64,000 bases of DNA from the NCBI GenBank assembly GCA_044376115.1, contig JBILLK010000040.1, forward strand, positions 1-64,000, in the 5' to 3' direction. Made by a program: the position numbers and the translations under genes. This document shows positions 29,277 through 38,401 of the stretch, piece by piece (within the stretch, counting starts at the first letter, position 1; the number at the start of each line of letters is the position of its first letter). This stretch comes from Polyangiaceae bacterium. Its GTDB lineage: Bacteria; Myxococcota_A; Polyangia; Polyangiales; Polyangiaceae. Below the pieces are notes generated by a model, which searched no databases, was not told the DNA's origin, and worked only from the letters and a program-made list of their open reading frames with translations.

Positions 29277-29709
29277 TCACCTTAGGCTCTGCAACCCAAG
29301 TTCTGGACCCACGAGCTCCAACGTCCAGCCTTCGACTTCGAGCACGTCACCGCGCGAGAGCGCGTCTCCTCGACCGCCTTGCACTCTGACCTCTGCACCT
29401 TCACAGCGGGCCAGCTCGATCACGCTGCCAACGCGAACGCACAGTCTCGCCGCCAGGGGCACGCGGCAACCAGCGAGCGGTACGTCGACGCCCGCGAACT
29501 CGCCGATTAGCAGCTCGCCGGCGCGCAACGGGAGCCTCCGCGTCAGCGCGTCGATCGCGCCTGCTCAGGTGCGCTCAGCGTTGCGGCGTGCTCGACGGTG
29601 CACGCCGCGTAGTCGACCGGGATGCCCAGCCCGTCTGGCGTCGGCGGAACCAGCTGGAAACGATAGGCGCCGCACGCGAAGGTCTCGTACGCGCTTAGCC
29701 TCGTAGCGC
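29277..29709 (-). pseudogene. Degenerate duplicate of the 3' end of kinase 31035-32876
   Basis: Aligns with ~31060-31490; net ~13-bp deletion near 29565 shifts the frame; no 5' part. Confidence 0.85.
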
Positions 29710-29728
29710 CGAGCGGCGTCTCACGGGC

Positions 29729-30373
29729 CTACTGCATCGGCACGCATTGCGGCTCTCCGAATAGCCCTGCGTTCCCGGATCCACACACACCGGTCTGCGG
29801 GTTGATCACGACGGAGAAGCTATTGATCTCGAGCTGCTTGCACGCCATACCGGCTGGGCAAACCCCGTCGTGGCAGAACGGGCGCTTGCAGCAGTTCTCG
29901 TCGTACGGCGAGTCGAGCTCGCCACAATGTCCGGCGACCCGCGTCTCCTCCTCGCCGCAGAGTGTCCTGAGCCATGGGAAGCCGAGCGTGGGCTCGTTAC
30001 ACTCCGTGTAGCAAGGCTGTACGAAGAAAAGCTCCTCCATTGGGCAAAGGCTGAACCCCGACGGAGGGATAAGCGACTCCGTCGCCCACACGACGTAGTC
30101 TCGTCCGGCTTCGTCCCGCACACACTGGTACGAGCGAACGGGCGAGGCAAAACTCAAACAAAACGGCACCGCGACGCGCTCTTCCGGCTCGGTGCGGAGA
30201 CATTGCGCAGCCTCGTCTTCCCGAACCAGCTCGAGTGTGAGCTTCTCCCAGCTCTCGTCCGGGCACTCCACGCTGGGCGCGGGGGTCGTCTCTACGGTGC
30301 TTTCCTCCGTGGAGCTGCACGCGAGAGTTCCGACGACGGCAGGCAGCAACACGACGAGGGCAACACGAGTCAT
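29729..30373 (-). CDS. Cys-rich lipoprotein, paralog B
   Basis: TLAC lipobox; EESTVETTPAPSVECPD shared with the neighbour; ENCCKRP. Confidence 0.85.
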   Translation of the reverse strand: MTRVALVVLLPAVVGTLACSSTEESTVETTPAPSVECPDESWEKLTLELVREDEAAQCLRTEPEERVAVPFCLSFASPVRSYQCVRDEAGRDYVVWATESLIPPSGFSLCPMEELFFVQPCYTECNEPTLGFPWLRTLCGEEETRVAGHCGELDSPYDENCCKRPFCHDGVCPAGMACKQLEINSFSVVINPQTGVCGSGNAGLFGEPQCVPMQ

Positions 30374-30380
30374 GACGGGA

Positions 30381-31016
30381 TCACGGGATGGGAACGCAGT
30401 GTGGCGTCGGCATGGGGAAGCTCGGTCCCCCGGCCGTGCAGCCGCCCAACTGCGGGTGGATTCCGGCGAAGGTGGCCATGAAGAGATTCTCGCACGACGC
30501 GCCGGTTGCGCAGACCCCGTCGAAACAGTACGGCCGCTTGCAGCAGTTCTCGTCGTACGCCGAGTCGAACTCCCCGCAGCGCGCTGCTATCCGAGTCTCC
30601 TCCTCGCCACAGACTGTGGCCAACCACGGATTCTCGTCGCACGTGGTGTAGCACGGTCGATCATAAAAGGCGCCGGGCGGCTCGCAGAGACTGAAGCCCT
30701 CCGGCGCGATGAACGATTCCTGGATCACAACCCTGTACTTGCGTCCCGCATCGTCGCAAATCCACCGGAGATTGGCGGACCCAATCAGGTCCACACAGAA
30801 AGGCACCGCGACCCGATCCTCCGGCTCGGTTCGCAGGCATTGCGCAGCGTCGTCCTGCGGCGCAAGCTGGAGAGTGACGAGCTCCCAGTTGATGCCTGGG
30901 TCCGAGTTCTTGTCCGGGCACTCCACGCTAGGCGCTGGGGTCGTCTCCACGGTGCTTTCCTCAACCGAGCCGCAGGCGAAACCGCCAAGAAGGACACCCA
31001 TTGCTAGGCGGCTCAT
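30381..31016 (-). CDS. Cys-rich lipoprotein, paralog A
   Basis: GFAC lipobox; same Cys spacing as 29729-30373. Confidence 0.85.
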   Translation of the reverse strand: MSRLAMGVLLGGFACGSVEESTVETTPAPSVECPDKNSDPGINWELVTLQLAPQDDAAQCLRTEPEDRVAVPFCVDLIGSANLRWICDDAGRKYRVVIQESFIAPEGFSLCEPPGAFYDRPCYTTCDENPWLATVCGEEETRIAARCGEFDSAYDENCCKRPYCFDGVCATGASCENLFMATFAGIHPQLGGCTAGGPSFPMPTPHCVPIP

Positions 31017-31034
31017 GGCGAAACAATGCGTGGG

Positions 31035-32876
31035 CTATGAGCTGTCGTCAACGCCGCGCAACCTGACAAGCTCAGGACCCACGAGCTCCAACGTCCAGCC
31101 TTCGACCTCGATCACGTCACCGGGCGACACCACGTCTCCTCTCGAGCCTTGCACTCTGACCTCTGCCCCTTCGCAGCGGGCCAGTTCGATCACGCTGCCA
31201 ACGCGAACGCACAGTCTCGCCGCCACGGGCACGCGGCAGCCAGCGAGCGGCACGTCGACGCCCGCGAGGCCGCCGATCAGCAGCTCGCCTGCGCGCAAGG
31301 GGAACCTCCGCGTCAGCGCGTCGATCGCGCCTGCGCGGACCGAGAGCGACGGTACGCTCAGCGTGGCGGCCTGCTCGACGGTGCACGCGGCGTAGTCGAC
31401 CGGGATGCCGAGCCCGTCTGGCGTCGGCGGAACCAGCTGGAAGCGATAGGCGCCGCACGCGAAGGTCTCGTACGCGGATAGGCTCGTAGGGCTGGTTGCG
31501 CCCGGTAGGCCCTCGACGAGAGCGGCCGAGGCTGAGAGGAGCTTCACGCTCAGCGGCGGTAGCGTCGGGATCGGGATCGCGGAGCCTTCACCGACACGGA
31601 CTTCCGGCGGTCCCGCGTTCGGCGTGTGCGCTTGAACGACGAGCGGCACCCGCATGAACCTCCAGGCTCCGCGTGCCTCGACCAGCACCAAGCTCGGGAT
31701 GGCGAGACGGCTCGCGAGCTCGCACGCGAACGAAGGGAGCGGCGTCAAACGCGCGGACGGCGGCGGGCACAGTCCGCTCGTGCGTCGCGCGAGCTCCGGG
31801 TCGATCGGCGCCAGTGTGCCTTGCGAAGCCGCCATCAATGAAACAGGCACGCGCGTGCCGAAGGGCGCTGTCGCGTCGAGGTCCACGTCCGCGGACGGTG
31901 CGCGCGCCGCGGCGACCTCGCGCGCCGTCATCTTGATCGTCAGCGCGGCTTTAGGAGGAGCGACGACGGTCGGCGTGGAGCTCACGGCCGACTCGAGTTC
32001 AAGCACGAAGTCCGCCATCGATGCTGGGCGATCCACGGGCAGGCGCGCCATCGCCCTCGCGACGAACTGCGCGAGTGCGGGCGGCAGCGCAGGCGCGCGC
32101 ACGTTGAGAGGCACGTGGTCACCGTTGGAGATGCGCCGGAGCGCATCGATCGAAGCAATCCTGCCCGGACCGCGCGGCAGGAACGGGTGCTCGCCGCTCA
32201 GCATCTCGTCAAGCATCACGGCGAGGCTAAACACGTCCGAGCGCTCGGTGGCGCGCTCCCCGAAGATCCGCTCGCGCGCCATGTACGAGACCGTACCGGT
32301 GAGGACCTCTTCCTCTGTGGTCTTGCTAGCGGGCAGCTTCGCGATCCCGAGGTCGAGCAGCTTCACCTTGCGTTCTCCATCCGGCGCCACCGTCACGAAC
32401 ACGTTCTCCGGCTTCAGATCCCGATGCAGCACGCCTGCGCGGTGGAACGCGCCAACGGCGTCGGCGATCTGCTTCACCAGCGTGATCGCCTCGTCGACGG
32501 GCACCTTCCTCCTCGCGGCGCTCAGCGAGGTGAGCACGCTGCGCAGGTCACGCCCCGAGAGCCGCTCCATCACGATGAACACGCCGACGCGCTCGTCGAT
32601 GTCGGAGTGGTGGATCTGCACGACGTTGGGGTGGTCGATCAGCGCCAGCGCGCGGGCTTCGTCGACGATCCTGCGCGCGCGTTTTGGGTCTGCTCGGAGC
32701 GACGCTTTCTGGACCTTGATCACCGCCTCGCGCTGCATCACCCTGTGGCGCGCCGTGAAGAGCTGGCTCGTCCCACCGCTGGCGAGGAACGCGGTGACCT
32801 CGTAGCCGGCGAAGAGCTCACCGGGCGCACACGCGAGCGCTTCGCCCTGCGAGTCGAGCAAGCCATCCCCGGGCAT
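31035..32876 (-). CDS. Ser/Thr protein kinase with beta-rich (possibly FHA-like) C-terminus
   Basis: VIK, HPNVV, HRDLKPEN, DLGIAK, GTVSYMARE. Confidence 0.92.
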   Translation of the reverse strand: MPGDGLLDSQGEALACAPGELFAGYEVTAFLASGGTSQLFTARHRVMQREAVIKVQKASLRADPKRARRIVDEARALALIDHPNVVQIHHSDIDERVGVFIVMERLSGRDLRSVLTSLSAARRKVPVDEAITLVKQIADAVGAFHRAGVLHRDLKPENVFVTVAPDGERKVKLLDLGIAKLPASKTTEEEVLTGTVSYMARERIFGERATERSDVFSLAVMLDEMLSGEHPFLPRGPGRIASIDALRRISNGDHVPLNVRAPALPPALAQFVARAMARLPVDRPASMADFVLELESAVSSTPTVVAPPKAALTIKMTAREVAAARAPSADVDLDATAPFGTRVPVSLMAASQGTLAPIDPELARRTSGLCPPPSARLTPLPSFACELASRLAIPSLVLVEARGAWRFMRVPLVVQAHTPNAGPPEVRVGEGSAIPIPTLPPLSVKLLSASAALVEGLPGATSPTSLSAYETFACGAYRFQLVPPTPDGLGIPVDYAACTVEQAATLSVPSLSVRAGAIDALTRRFPLRAGELLIGGLAGVDVPLAGCRVPVAARLCVRVGSVIELARCEGAEVRVQGSRGDVVSPGDVIEVEGWTLELVGPELVRLRGVDDSS

Positions 32877-32889
32877 GCGGCGGCGCGGC

Positions 32890-33552
32890 CTACTTCCTGA
32901 GGCCTTCGAGCATGCGGCGATGCAAGACGCCCAGCGAGCCTTGCAGGCGCCGCCAGACTCCACTCGCCGTCATGCTGCGTCGCTCGCCTGCGGCCTGGAG
33001 CGTGCTGCCCTCGTAGAAGATCTCTTTAACGATCGCCCAGTCATCCTGCGGTAGCGTGGCCGCCGCCTGGTCGAGCGCCGCACGAACACGCTCGAGCTCT
33101 TGCGCCTCCTCGAGCTCCAGCTCGGGTGAAGGCGAGGCCTGCGGCGCGACGAGCGCAAGGAACGACGCGGCGATGACCGCTGCTGCGCCGCGCCGACGAT
33201 GGGCGGTGCGTTCTTCCTCGGCGGCGAAGTAGTCACCTTCGTCCAGATGCACGGTGACCGGCGCGACGCTGTCCGCGATGGCGCGCAGGATGCGCCGCTC
33301 CGACGACTCGGCGTTCAAGGTGTTCAGCATCGCGCCCAAGATCCGGTGGTAGCTGAGCTGCATGAAGCGCTCGAGGGGCTCGCCGGCGTGGCTCGGCGCC
33401 CGCTCGCACACCACCTCCATCCCGATCTGGTGCAGCTCCTCGATACGATCGCGTTCGGAACGCGCGACCCGCCTCGCGATGAGGCGCACCTCTTCCTCCG
33501 CTGCGGTGATCAGCTTGTGAGCGGAGCGCGCCTGCGTCGCATCAGGAAGCAT
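32890..33552 (-). CDS. Sigma-70 family sigma factor (FliA-like regions 2 and 4)
   Basis: EELHQIGM...YHRILGAML (region 2); LPQDDWAIVKEIFYEGSTLQAAG (region 4). Confidence 0.78.
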   Translation of the reverse strand: MLPDATQARSAHKLITAAEEEVRLIARRVARSERDRIEELHQIGMEVVCERAPSHAGEPLERFMQLSYHRILGAMLNTLNAESSERRILRAIADSVAPVTVHLDEGDYFAAEEERTAHRRRGAAAVIAASFLALVAPQASPSPELELEEAQELERVRAALDQAAATLPQDDWAIVKEIFYEGSTLQAAGERRSMTASGVWRRLQGSLGVLHRRMLEGLRK

Positions 33553-33823
33553 CCGACTTCCTCGATGAAGTGGCCACGGGCTCCTCGGCGCCCGGCTTCA
33601 GCTGCTCATCCGACTCCACGCGCGGCGCGCGCGAATCCACGAGCGCCTCGTCGGCGAGCCGCCGCATCACCGGATGCGTCGCGTACAGATCGCTCACCAG
33701 CGTATGAATCGCCTTGAACGTGCTCGGGCGGAGCAGCGACTCGAAGCCCTCCATCGACTCGTCAGCGAGATCTTCGACTGTCTTCGGCTGCTTGGTGGCT
33801 GACACGTACCCCTCCCCTTTCAT
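33542..33823 (-). CDS. Small hypothetical protein overlapping the sigma gene, paralog of 41364-41594
   Basis: PKTVEDLADE...FE.LL.P.T...IH.L..DLY.THPVM.RLA.EAL; start uncertain. Confidence 0.65.
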   Translation of the reverse strand: MKGEGYVSATKQPKTVEDLADESMEGFESLLRPSTFKAIHTLVSDLYATHPVMRRLADEALVDSRAPRVESDEQLKPGAEEPVATSSRKSDAS

Positions 33824-33897
33824 GAAAGCAGCGGCCGCCGTGGTCGGCAAGAGGCTCAGGATCTCGTTCATCTGCGTCGGATAAGGACCGGCCATGA

Positions 33898-34221
33898 CTA
33901 CGCCAGCGCTGAAACCGGTCTGTCGATCAGCTGGCTCTGCGTGATGATGGTTTCGTCATCTTCCTCCTCCTCGGAGAACCACCTGAAAAAGACTTGGTAC
34001 CCCACCGCGGCATGCAGCTTCTCGCGCAGCGCCGATTCCACCGCGCGCTTCGCACCAGGGAGTGGCTTGGAGCCTTTGCGGAGCTTCACGTAGACGACGA
34101 GCGACTCGCTCCCGTAAGGGTCGACGTCGATGAGGTACGCGATATCGCGAACCACGTCCTTTTCCGGCAGCTTGGCGTGCGCATCGCGCAAAGCCCTTCT
34201 TACGCGGGGGAGCGGCGTCAT
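33898..34221 (-). CDS. Small protein, possibly MNT-like fold
   Basis: DVDPYGSESLVVYV...FFRWFSEEE pattern. Confidence 0.5.
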   Translation of the reverse strand: MTPLPRVRRALRDAHAKLPEKDVVRDIAYLIDVDPYGSESLVVYVKLRKGSKPLPGAKRAVESALREKLHAAVGYQVFFRWFSEEEEDDETIITQSQLIDRPVSALA

Positions 34222-34492
34222 CTGCTCAGAGTAGCAGACGTCGGCACGTCGCCATCCGTCGCGACGCCCTCTGAGCGCTCGGAATCCGCGGCCCTTTGGC
34301 GAACGTTACGGAGCGAGGTCGTGCCCAAACCCGACGTCGAGAGCTTGTCCACCGGCGTGGTTGGCCACCGGCGAGGACCGTGCGACAACGACGTTGTCGA
34401 AGCGTCCACGCGCGGAGCCCCTGAGGGCTCGGAGGTTGTGTTCCGGACGCGAGCACGGCTGATTCGTAGGCGTCAGACCTGGCCGCAGTGAG

Positions 34493-35149
34493 TCATTCGC
34501 CAGGCTGAAAGATGCTATCGAACTTGTTCGCCAGCTCCTGTGCGAAGCGGATCAGTCTCGGTCCCTTCATGTCGAAAGGATCGGCGAGCTGCATCACGAT
34601 CGGGATCGTTGCGGGAAGTCGCATTGTGCTGCCGTCTTCCCACGGATACTCGAGATGAGGGCCGGATTTTGAGACTGCTGGGTGAGCCTTCTCGAGTGCT
34701 TGAACTAGCGGGAGGACGTCTTTCCAGGAGTACCTCAGCTGCAAGAATTTGTTGTGGTTCTTGATCTGATTCACCAGTCGCGACGCGGCAACGTGACTGG
34801 TTCGACACGCAATGAAGGCCTGCTCGTCTGTGCGCGCGAGCGCTGCCTTCGCGAGCTTCTCGAAGACCATCTGAAGCAGCATCGCCAGCACAGATGCAGG
34901 CCGCGCGCCGTCGGCAGAGAGAATCTCGATGGCCCTGAGGTCTTCCCTCGCCTGCGCAAGCAGCGCATCCGACCACGCACCAACCGGAAGGTTTATCGGT
35001 CGAAATGTTTCGTCGAGCAGGCTCTCCAGGTGCCCAGTCAGCGTTGAGTACGCGTTCGCACACTTGGCCAGGTCGAACGGGGTGGCAGCCAGCTCGCGGC
35101 TGACCTCGCCCATCCACTTGCGGACGCTCTTCTCGAGATCGTTCGCCAT
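34493..35149 (-). CDS. HEPN-like domain protein
   Basis: W...QAREDL...LQMVFEKLAKA...SH...EYPW resembles HEPN. Confidence 0.6.
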   Translation of the reverse strand: MANDLEKSVRKWMGEVSRELAATPFDLAKCANAYSTLTGHLESLLDETFRPINLPVGAWSDALLAQAREDLRAIEILSADGARPASVLAMLLQMVFEKLAKAALARTDEQAFIACRTSHVAASRLVNQIKNHNKFLQLRYSWKDVLPLVQALEKAHPAVSKSGPHLEYPWEDGSTMRLPATIPIVMQLADPFDMKGPRLIRFAQELANKFDSIFQPGE

Positions 35150-35475
35150 CACTCGTTGAAGGTGATCGGGACTAACTTGGGCGCGCTGCCCCAGGTGGCC
35201 GGAAGGCTCAACTCTCCACGGTCGAGCTTCTGCTTCTCGTCGGGGCTCATCAGAATGATCACGGACGGGTACGGGACATCGAGGTCTGGTCTCGCGCCAA
35301 AACGAAACGGCATCACCGAACCCGTGTCGCCCACGGAACCCGACACCTCCACGAGACGCACCTCGGCCCCGGCGGGGTCTGAGATCAAGTAGATCGCCGT
35401 GATGTCATCGTCTGCGTCCTTGTGTGCGCGTGCGAGATCGCGAGCAACCTCTTCGACAGAGCGATTCGAACTCAT
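35149..35475 (-). CDS. Small protein coupled to the HEPN-like gene (MNT-like antitoxin candidate)
   Basis: EVRLVEV...PFRF...PSVIILMSPDE...LPATW; TGATG overlap. Confidence 0.6.
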   Translation of the reverse strand: MSSNRSVEEVARDLARAHKDADDDITAIYLISDPAGAEVRLVEVSGSVGDTGSVMPFRFGARPDLDVPYPSVIILMSPDEKQKLDRGELSLPATWGSAPKLVPITFNE

Positions 35476-35628
35476 GAGCAAACTCTAGCCCGGCGGCGTT
35501 TGCTCCACCGGAGAAAAGTACCTCTGCTCGACCATTGGACTCTCCATCCAGCCGTTAAGAGACACGCGTCGCGGGGCTCGTGTAGCCGCCCTCGGTGCAG
35601 CTGAATCCCGACACGCTGTTGCTGGGGA

Positions 35629-36585
35629 CTACTCACCGTGCCGTTCGGCCAGGACGAGTGCCACGTCGTCGTGGAAGTTACCCGACGGCAAGGCGGCCGC
35701 GGCGACGAGTTGGTCAACGGCAGTGCGGATGTCGCCCGTCGACGCAATCGAGGCAAGTCTCGCGGGGGCCACATACTTGAGAAGTCCATCTGTAGCGACC
35801 AGGAGCCGCCCCAAGAGGGCGCACGGCACGATGGGCCGTGCGCGTGCGCTTCCGCTACCAACCAGGGGCTTGCGGATCTGGGGCGCGAGTGTTGGAGACT
35901 CGGGTGCGTTGCTAATTGATGGATCCACCCTGCTGGATCTTACCGCGGACCAGATCTCGCGACCTCGCGTCTGCAAGACTACAACGGTGGTCTCTCCGTA
36001 ACTGGCGTCAGCGGCCAGCTTCCTGTCCCATTCCTCAATGAGCTGACACCACCCGTTCGAATCCAGCTCCGCTTTCGCTCCCGCCGCGGCCAGGCCGTCC
36101 GCGAGGTCGCGAGCAGCGGGCGCGCCGCCGGACATGCCGCCAGCACCATCCGCAACGACAACCGTCCATCGCGTGCCGCAGCAGCTTACCTCCAGCCGGT
36201 CCTCGTTTCTGCTCCCCGCGACGCGTCTCGTCCACAGATGCATCCACGCTCGCGGCTGATCGACCGTCGTGTAACCCTCGCACGGCCCAAAGTCGACGCG
36301 CTCTAGCGTGTTGTCGCGGAACCAGACCGTCGCATCGTCCTCTTCGGTTCCGCATTTCTCGCAGACGGTTTCGATCGCTGCAGGAACGGTGACGACACCG
36401 CCCGAGTTCGTCCCGTAGTCCCCGAGCGGAGCAACCCGGCCTGGGGCATCGTGCCAGCAGATCTGGCTTCCGAGCTCATGGTCGCGGAGCCGACAATACC
36501 CGTACTTGAACTGCGCAGCCCACGACTGCTCATGGCCGCAAGAAGGACAGGTGCCTCGAAACAGCGCTCGGTCAAAGGTTCCCAT
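35629..36585 (-). CDS. Zn-ribbon domain fused to a PP2C-family phosphatase with an internal inverted segment
   Basis: CPSCG...QFKYG...CEKCG, then from M at 36243 NEDR, VADGAGG, ATDGL, DDVA; the VGDS motif lies on the opposite strand. Confidence 0.8.
   Translation of the reverse strand: MGTFDRALFRGTCPSCGHEQSWAAQFKYGYCRLRDHELGSQICWHDAPGRVAPLGDYGTNSGGVVTVPAAIETVCEKCGTEEDDATVWFRDNTLERVDFGPCEGYTTVDQPRAWMHLWTRRVAGSRNEDRLEVSCCGTRWTVVVADGAGGMSGGAPAARDLADGLAAAGAKAELDSNGWCQLIEEWDRKLAADASYGETTVVVLQTRGREIWSAVRSSRVDPSISNAPESPTLAPQIRKPLVGSGSARARPIVPCALLGRLLVATDGLLKYVAPARLASIASTGDIRTAVDQLVAAAALPSGNFHDDVALVLAERHGE
35875..35956. other. 68-bp intragenic inversion (35882-35949) bounded by 7-bp IRs
   Basis: GATCTGG 35875-35881 and CCAGATC 35950-35956; the + strand reads WGASVGDSGALLIDGSTLLDLTADQI. 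Confidence 0.85.
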
Positions 36586-36783
36586 TCGGCGAAGGCTTGT
36601 CCAGCTAACCAGTGTTGGCCAGCGTCAGGTGTCAGAGGGCGTCAGTCAGAGAACACGAATCTTGCGGATACCCGCGGCGAGCTTCCGAATGTCGGTTGGG
36701 TCGCCTGTGGCAGTTATGGAGGCCGGAAACTGAGCGGCAGTGGCAACGACGAAGGAAGTTGCAGAGAAACTCTTCGAAGGAGA

Positions 36784-37083
36784 TCAATCGCAGATTACGA
36801 GCAGTCCGAGACCCGCGGCGCGAGCGGACGTGGCGAGCTGGATGAGCGCTTCCGCGGACTGTGGCTCGCAGCTGTGCAGCAACCGAAGCTCGGCGACGAG
36901 TGACTCGAGTTCGTCGAGGTCGAAGGCCGTGTCGCGGTAGAAGTCGCTGAGGCGTCGAAACAAGGGGAACGCGGCCTCGGTGCTACGTGCCCTCTCGATA
37001 AGCGCACAGTAGGGCTCAGCGCCTAGATCGAAGGTAGGACCTCTGGCAGCGGCGTCGTTCTCATAGGTAAACAGTAGGCCCAT
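36784..37083 (-). CDS. Small hypothetical cassette protein
   Basis: ATG 37083 downstream of an attC-like site; FPLFRRLSDFY. Confidence 0.6.
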   Translation of the reverse strand: MGLLFTYENDAAARGPTFDLGAEPYCALIERARSTEAAFPLFRRLSDFYRDTAFDLDELESLVAELRLLHSCEPQSAEALIQLATSARAAGLGLLVICD

Positions 37084-37194
37084 GTGCCTCGTGCTTTCGG
37101 TGGGCGATCCCTGCGTGGACGCGAAGAGGTTTGTGGAGACCAGGTACGTCCGTGGCACGCGATGCTGACGATCCTGCGAGAATGCTCTCTGTTG

Positions 37195-37282
37195 GTCCAA
37201 CGTATTGGCGTTCAGCGACGGGCGCCAGACGAGCGAGCCATGGAGGGCAGTCGTCCGCGTCCGCAGCGACGCCTTGTTAAGT
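37195..37282 (-). mobile_element. attC-like site
   Basis: Minus strand ACTTAAC-AAGGCGTCGCTGCGG...CGCTGAACGCCAATAC-GTTGGAC; R''/R' cores with paired inner arms. Confidence 0.8.
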
Positions 37283-37346
37283 AGAACACCCGCATTCCGA
37301 GAATCACGCCAGCCGCGGCTGACTGCCGGAGCGATTCCGGCCCGCG

Positions 37347-38024
37347 CTACGGCGCCCCGCGCAGCTGCGCCAGCTGAAGCTCCAGATCCGGCCACTGGAA
37401 GCCGAACTGTTTCAGGTCCGCGGCAATCCTGCGCCCGGCCTCCAACAGGCTGTTGCATGGCGGGGACATATCCTCAACGGCCTCACTACGGAGCAGAAAG
37501 CGGGCAAGGTCTGCCGTAATGACCTTATCGTTGTGGACCATTGCTCCCAGTAAAGCGTTCACCCCAGGGTAGTCCTCCTCCGTGAACACCGGGGCGGCAC
37601 CACACAAATAGTCAACAACTCCCAAGACGCTTTGACCATCGGCAGGCTCAAGCGTCGATTCCGACCTGGCGCCCATTATCCACAGCCCGCCGGTCACCCT
37701 TTCGGGCCAATATCCTGGCACCGATTGCGCATTTCCCCGCTGGATTAGCTGTTCAACGAGCGGACTCAACTCCACCGGCCAGGCTGGCAACCTCCACTCC
37801 AACCTAGTCTTATCGTGGTCATGAACCATCACCACGACGCCGCTGGGATTCCACATCGCGAGAACATCACTTCCTTGGCCATCCTCGCACTCAACGGCGC
37901 CACCGCTGAGGTCGCCATGCACGTCAGGCTGCCCGAGTGAGCCGCTCATCGCGAGGCCCAGGCCCATGCGGAGCGCATTCTCGACAAACCTTTCTCGCGA
38001 CAGGGGCTGGGTAGAGTTCGTCAC
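37347..38024 (-). CDS. Hypothetical cassette protein, apparent paralog of 5335-6111
   Basis: DGQGSD...WNPSGVVVMVHDHD; followed by attC 37195-37282. Confidence 0.65.
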   Translation of the reverse strand: MTNSTQPLSRERFVENALRMGLGLAMSGSLGQPDVHGDLSGGAVECEDGQGSDVLAMWNPSGVVVMVHDHDKTRLEWRLPAWPVELSPLVEQLIQRGNAQSVPGYWPERVTGGLWIMGARSESTLEPADGQSVLGVVDYLCGAAPVFTEEDYPGVNALLGAMVHNDKVITADLARFLLRSEAVEDMSPPCNSLLEAGRRIAADLKQFGFQWPDLELQLAQLRGAP

Positions 38025-38114
38025 GGACCCAGCATACCGCGGCGAGGTTTGACTTTGGCCTATGGGCAACGAGCCCGCACAACCCTCTCCTGGGGTCCGC
38101 GCTGCAAACGGTCT

Positions 38115-38202
38115 GCCCACCAAGCCGTTGCTTCAGACAATCGCCGTCGGTCGGCCTTCGGCCTCCTTCTGGCGCTTGCCGCAGAACGCCGGTACCTTAG
38201 CC
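38115..38202 (+). mobile_element. Degenerate attC-like site in the opposite orientation
   Basis: GCCCACC-AAGCCGTTGC...GCAGAACGCCGGTAC-CTTAGCC; both core triplets mutated. Confidence 0.55.
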
Positions 38203-38217
38203 AGCGCGTCCACGAGA

Positions 38218-38276
38218 GAGCCACTTTTTTGCGTTGAGCCGAGCGAAGCGAGGGCCGCAGCAACGCCTTGTTGGCC
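38218..38276 (-). mobile_element. Partial attC-like site
   Basis: Minus strand GGCCAAC-AAGGCGTTGCTGCGG...CGCTTCGCTCGG; right arm degenerate. Confidence 0.5.
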
Positions 38277-38401
38277 GCCGCGCGACGCTGGGATCCTGCT
38301 TGGGATCTCCCTTGGTCAGATCGCGCGCGACCGGGCTCGTCGTACTGACATCGGTCGTCCCTGCTCATCTTGTGACGAGCTTCGAATGTATGCGGTGAGC
38401 A

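Noticed and set aside
29277..31500. Diversity-generating retroelement TR/VR pair
   Set aside because: Differences are not adenine-specific, include an indel, and no reverse transcriptase is present
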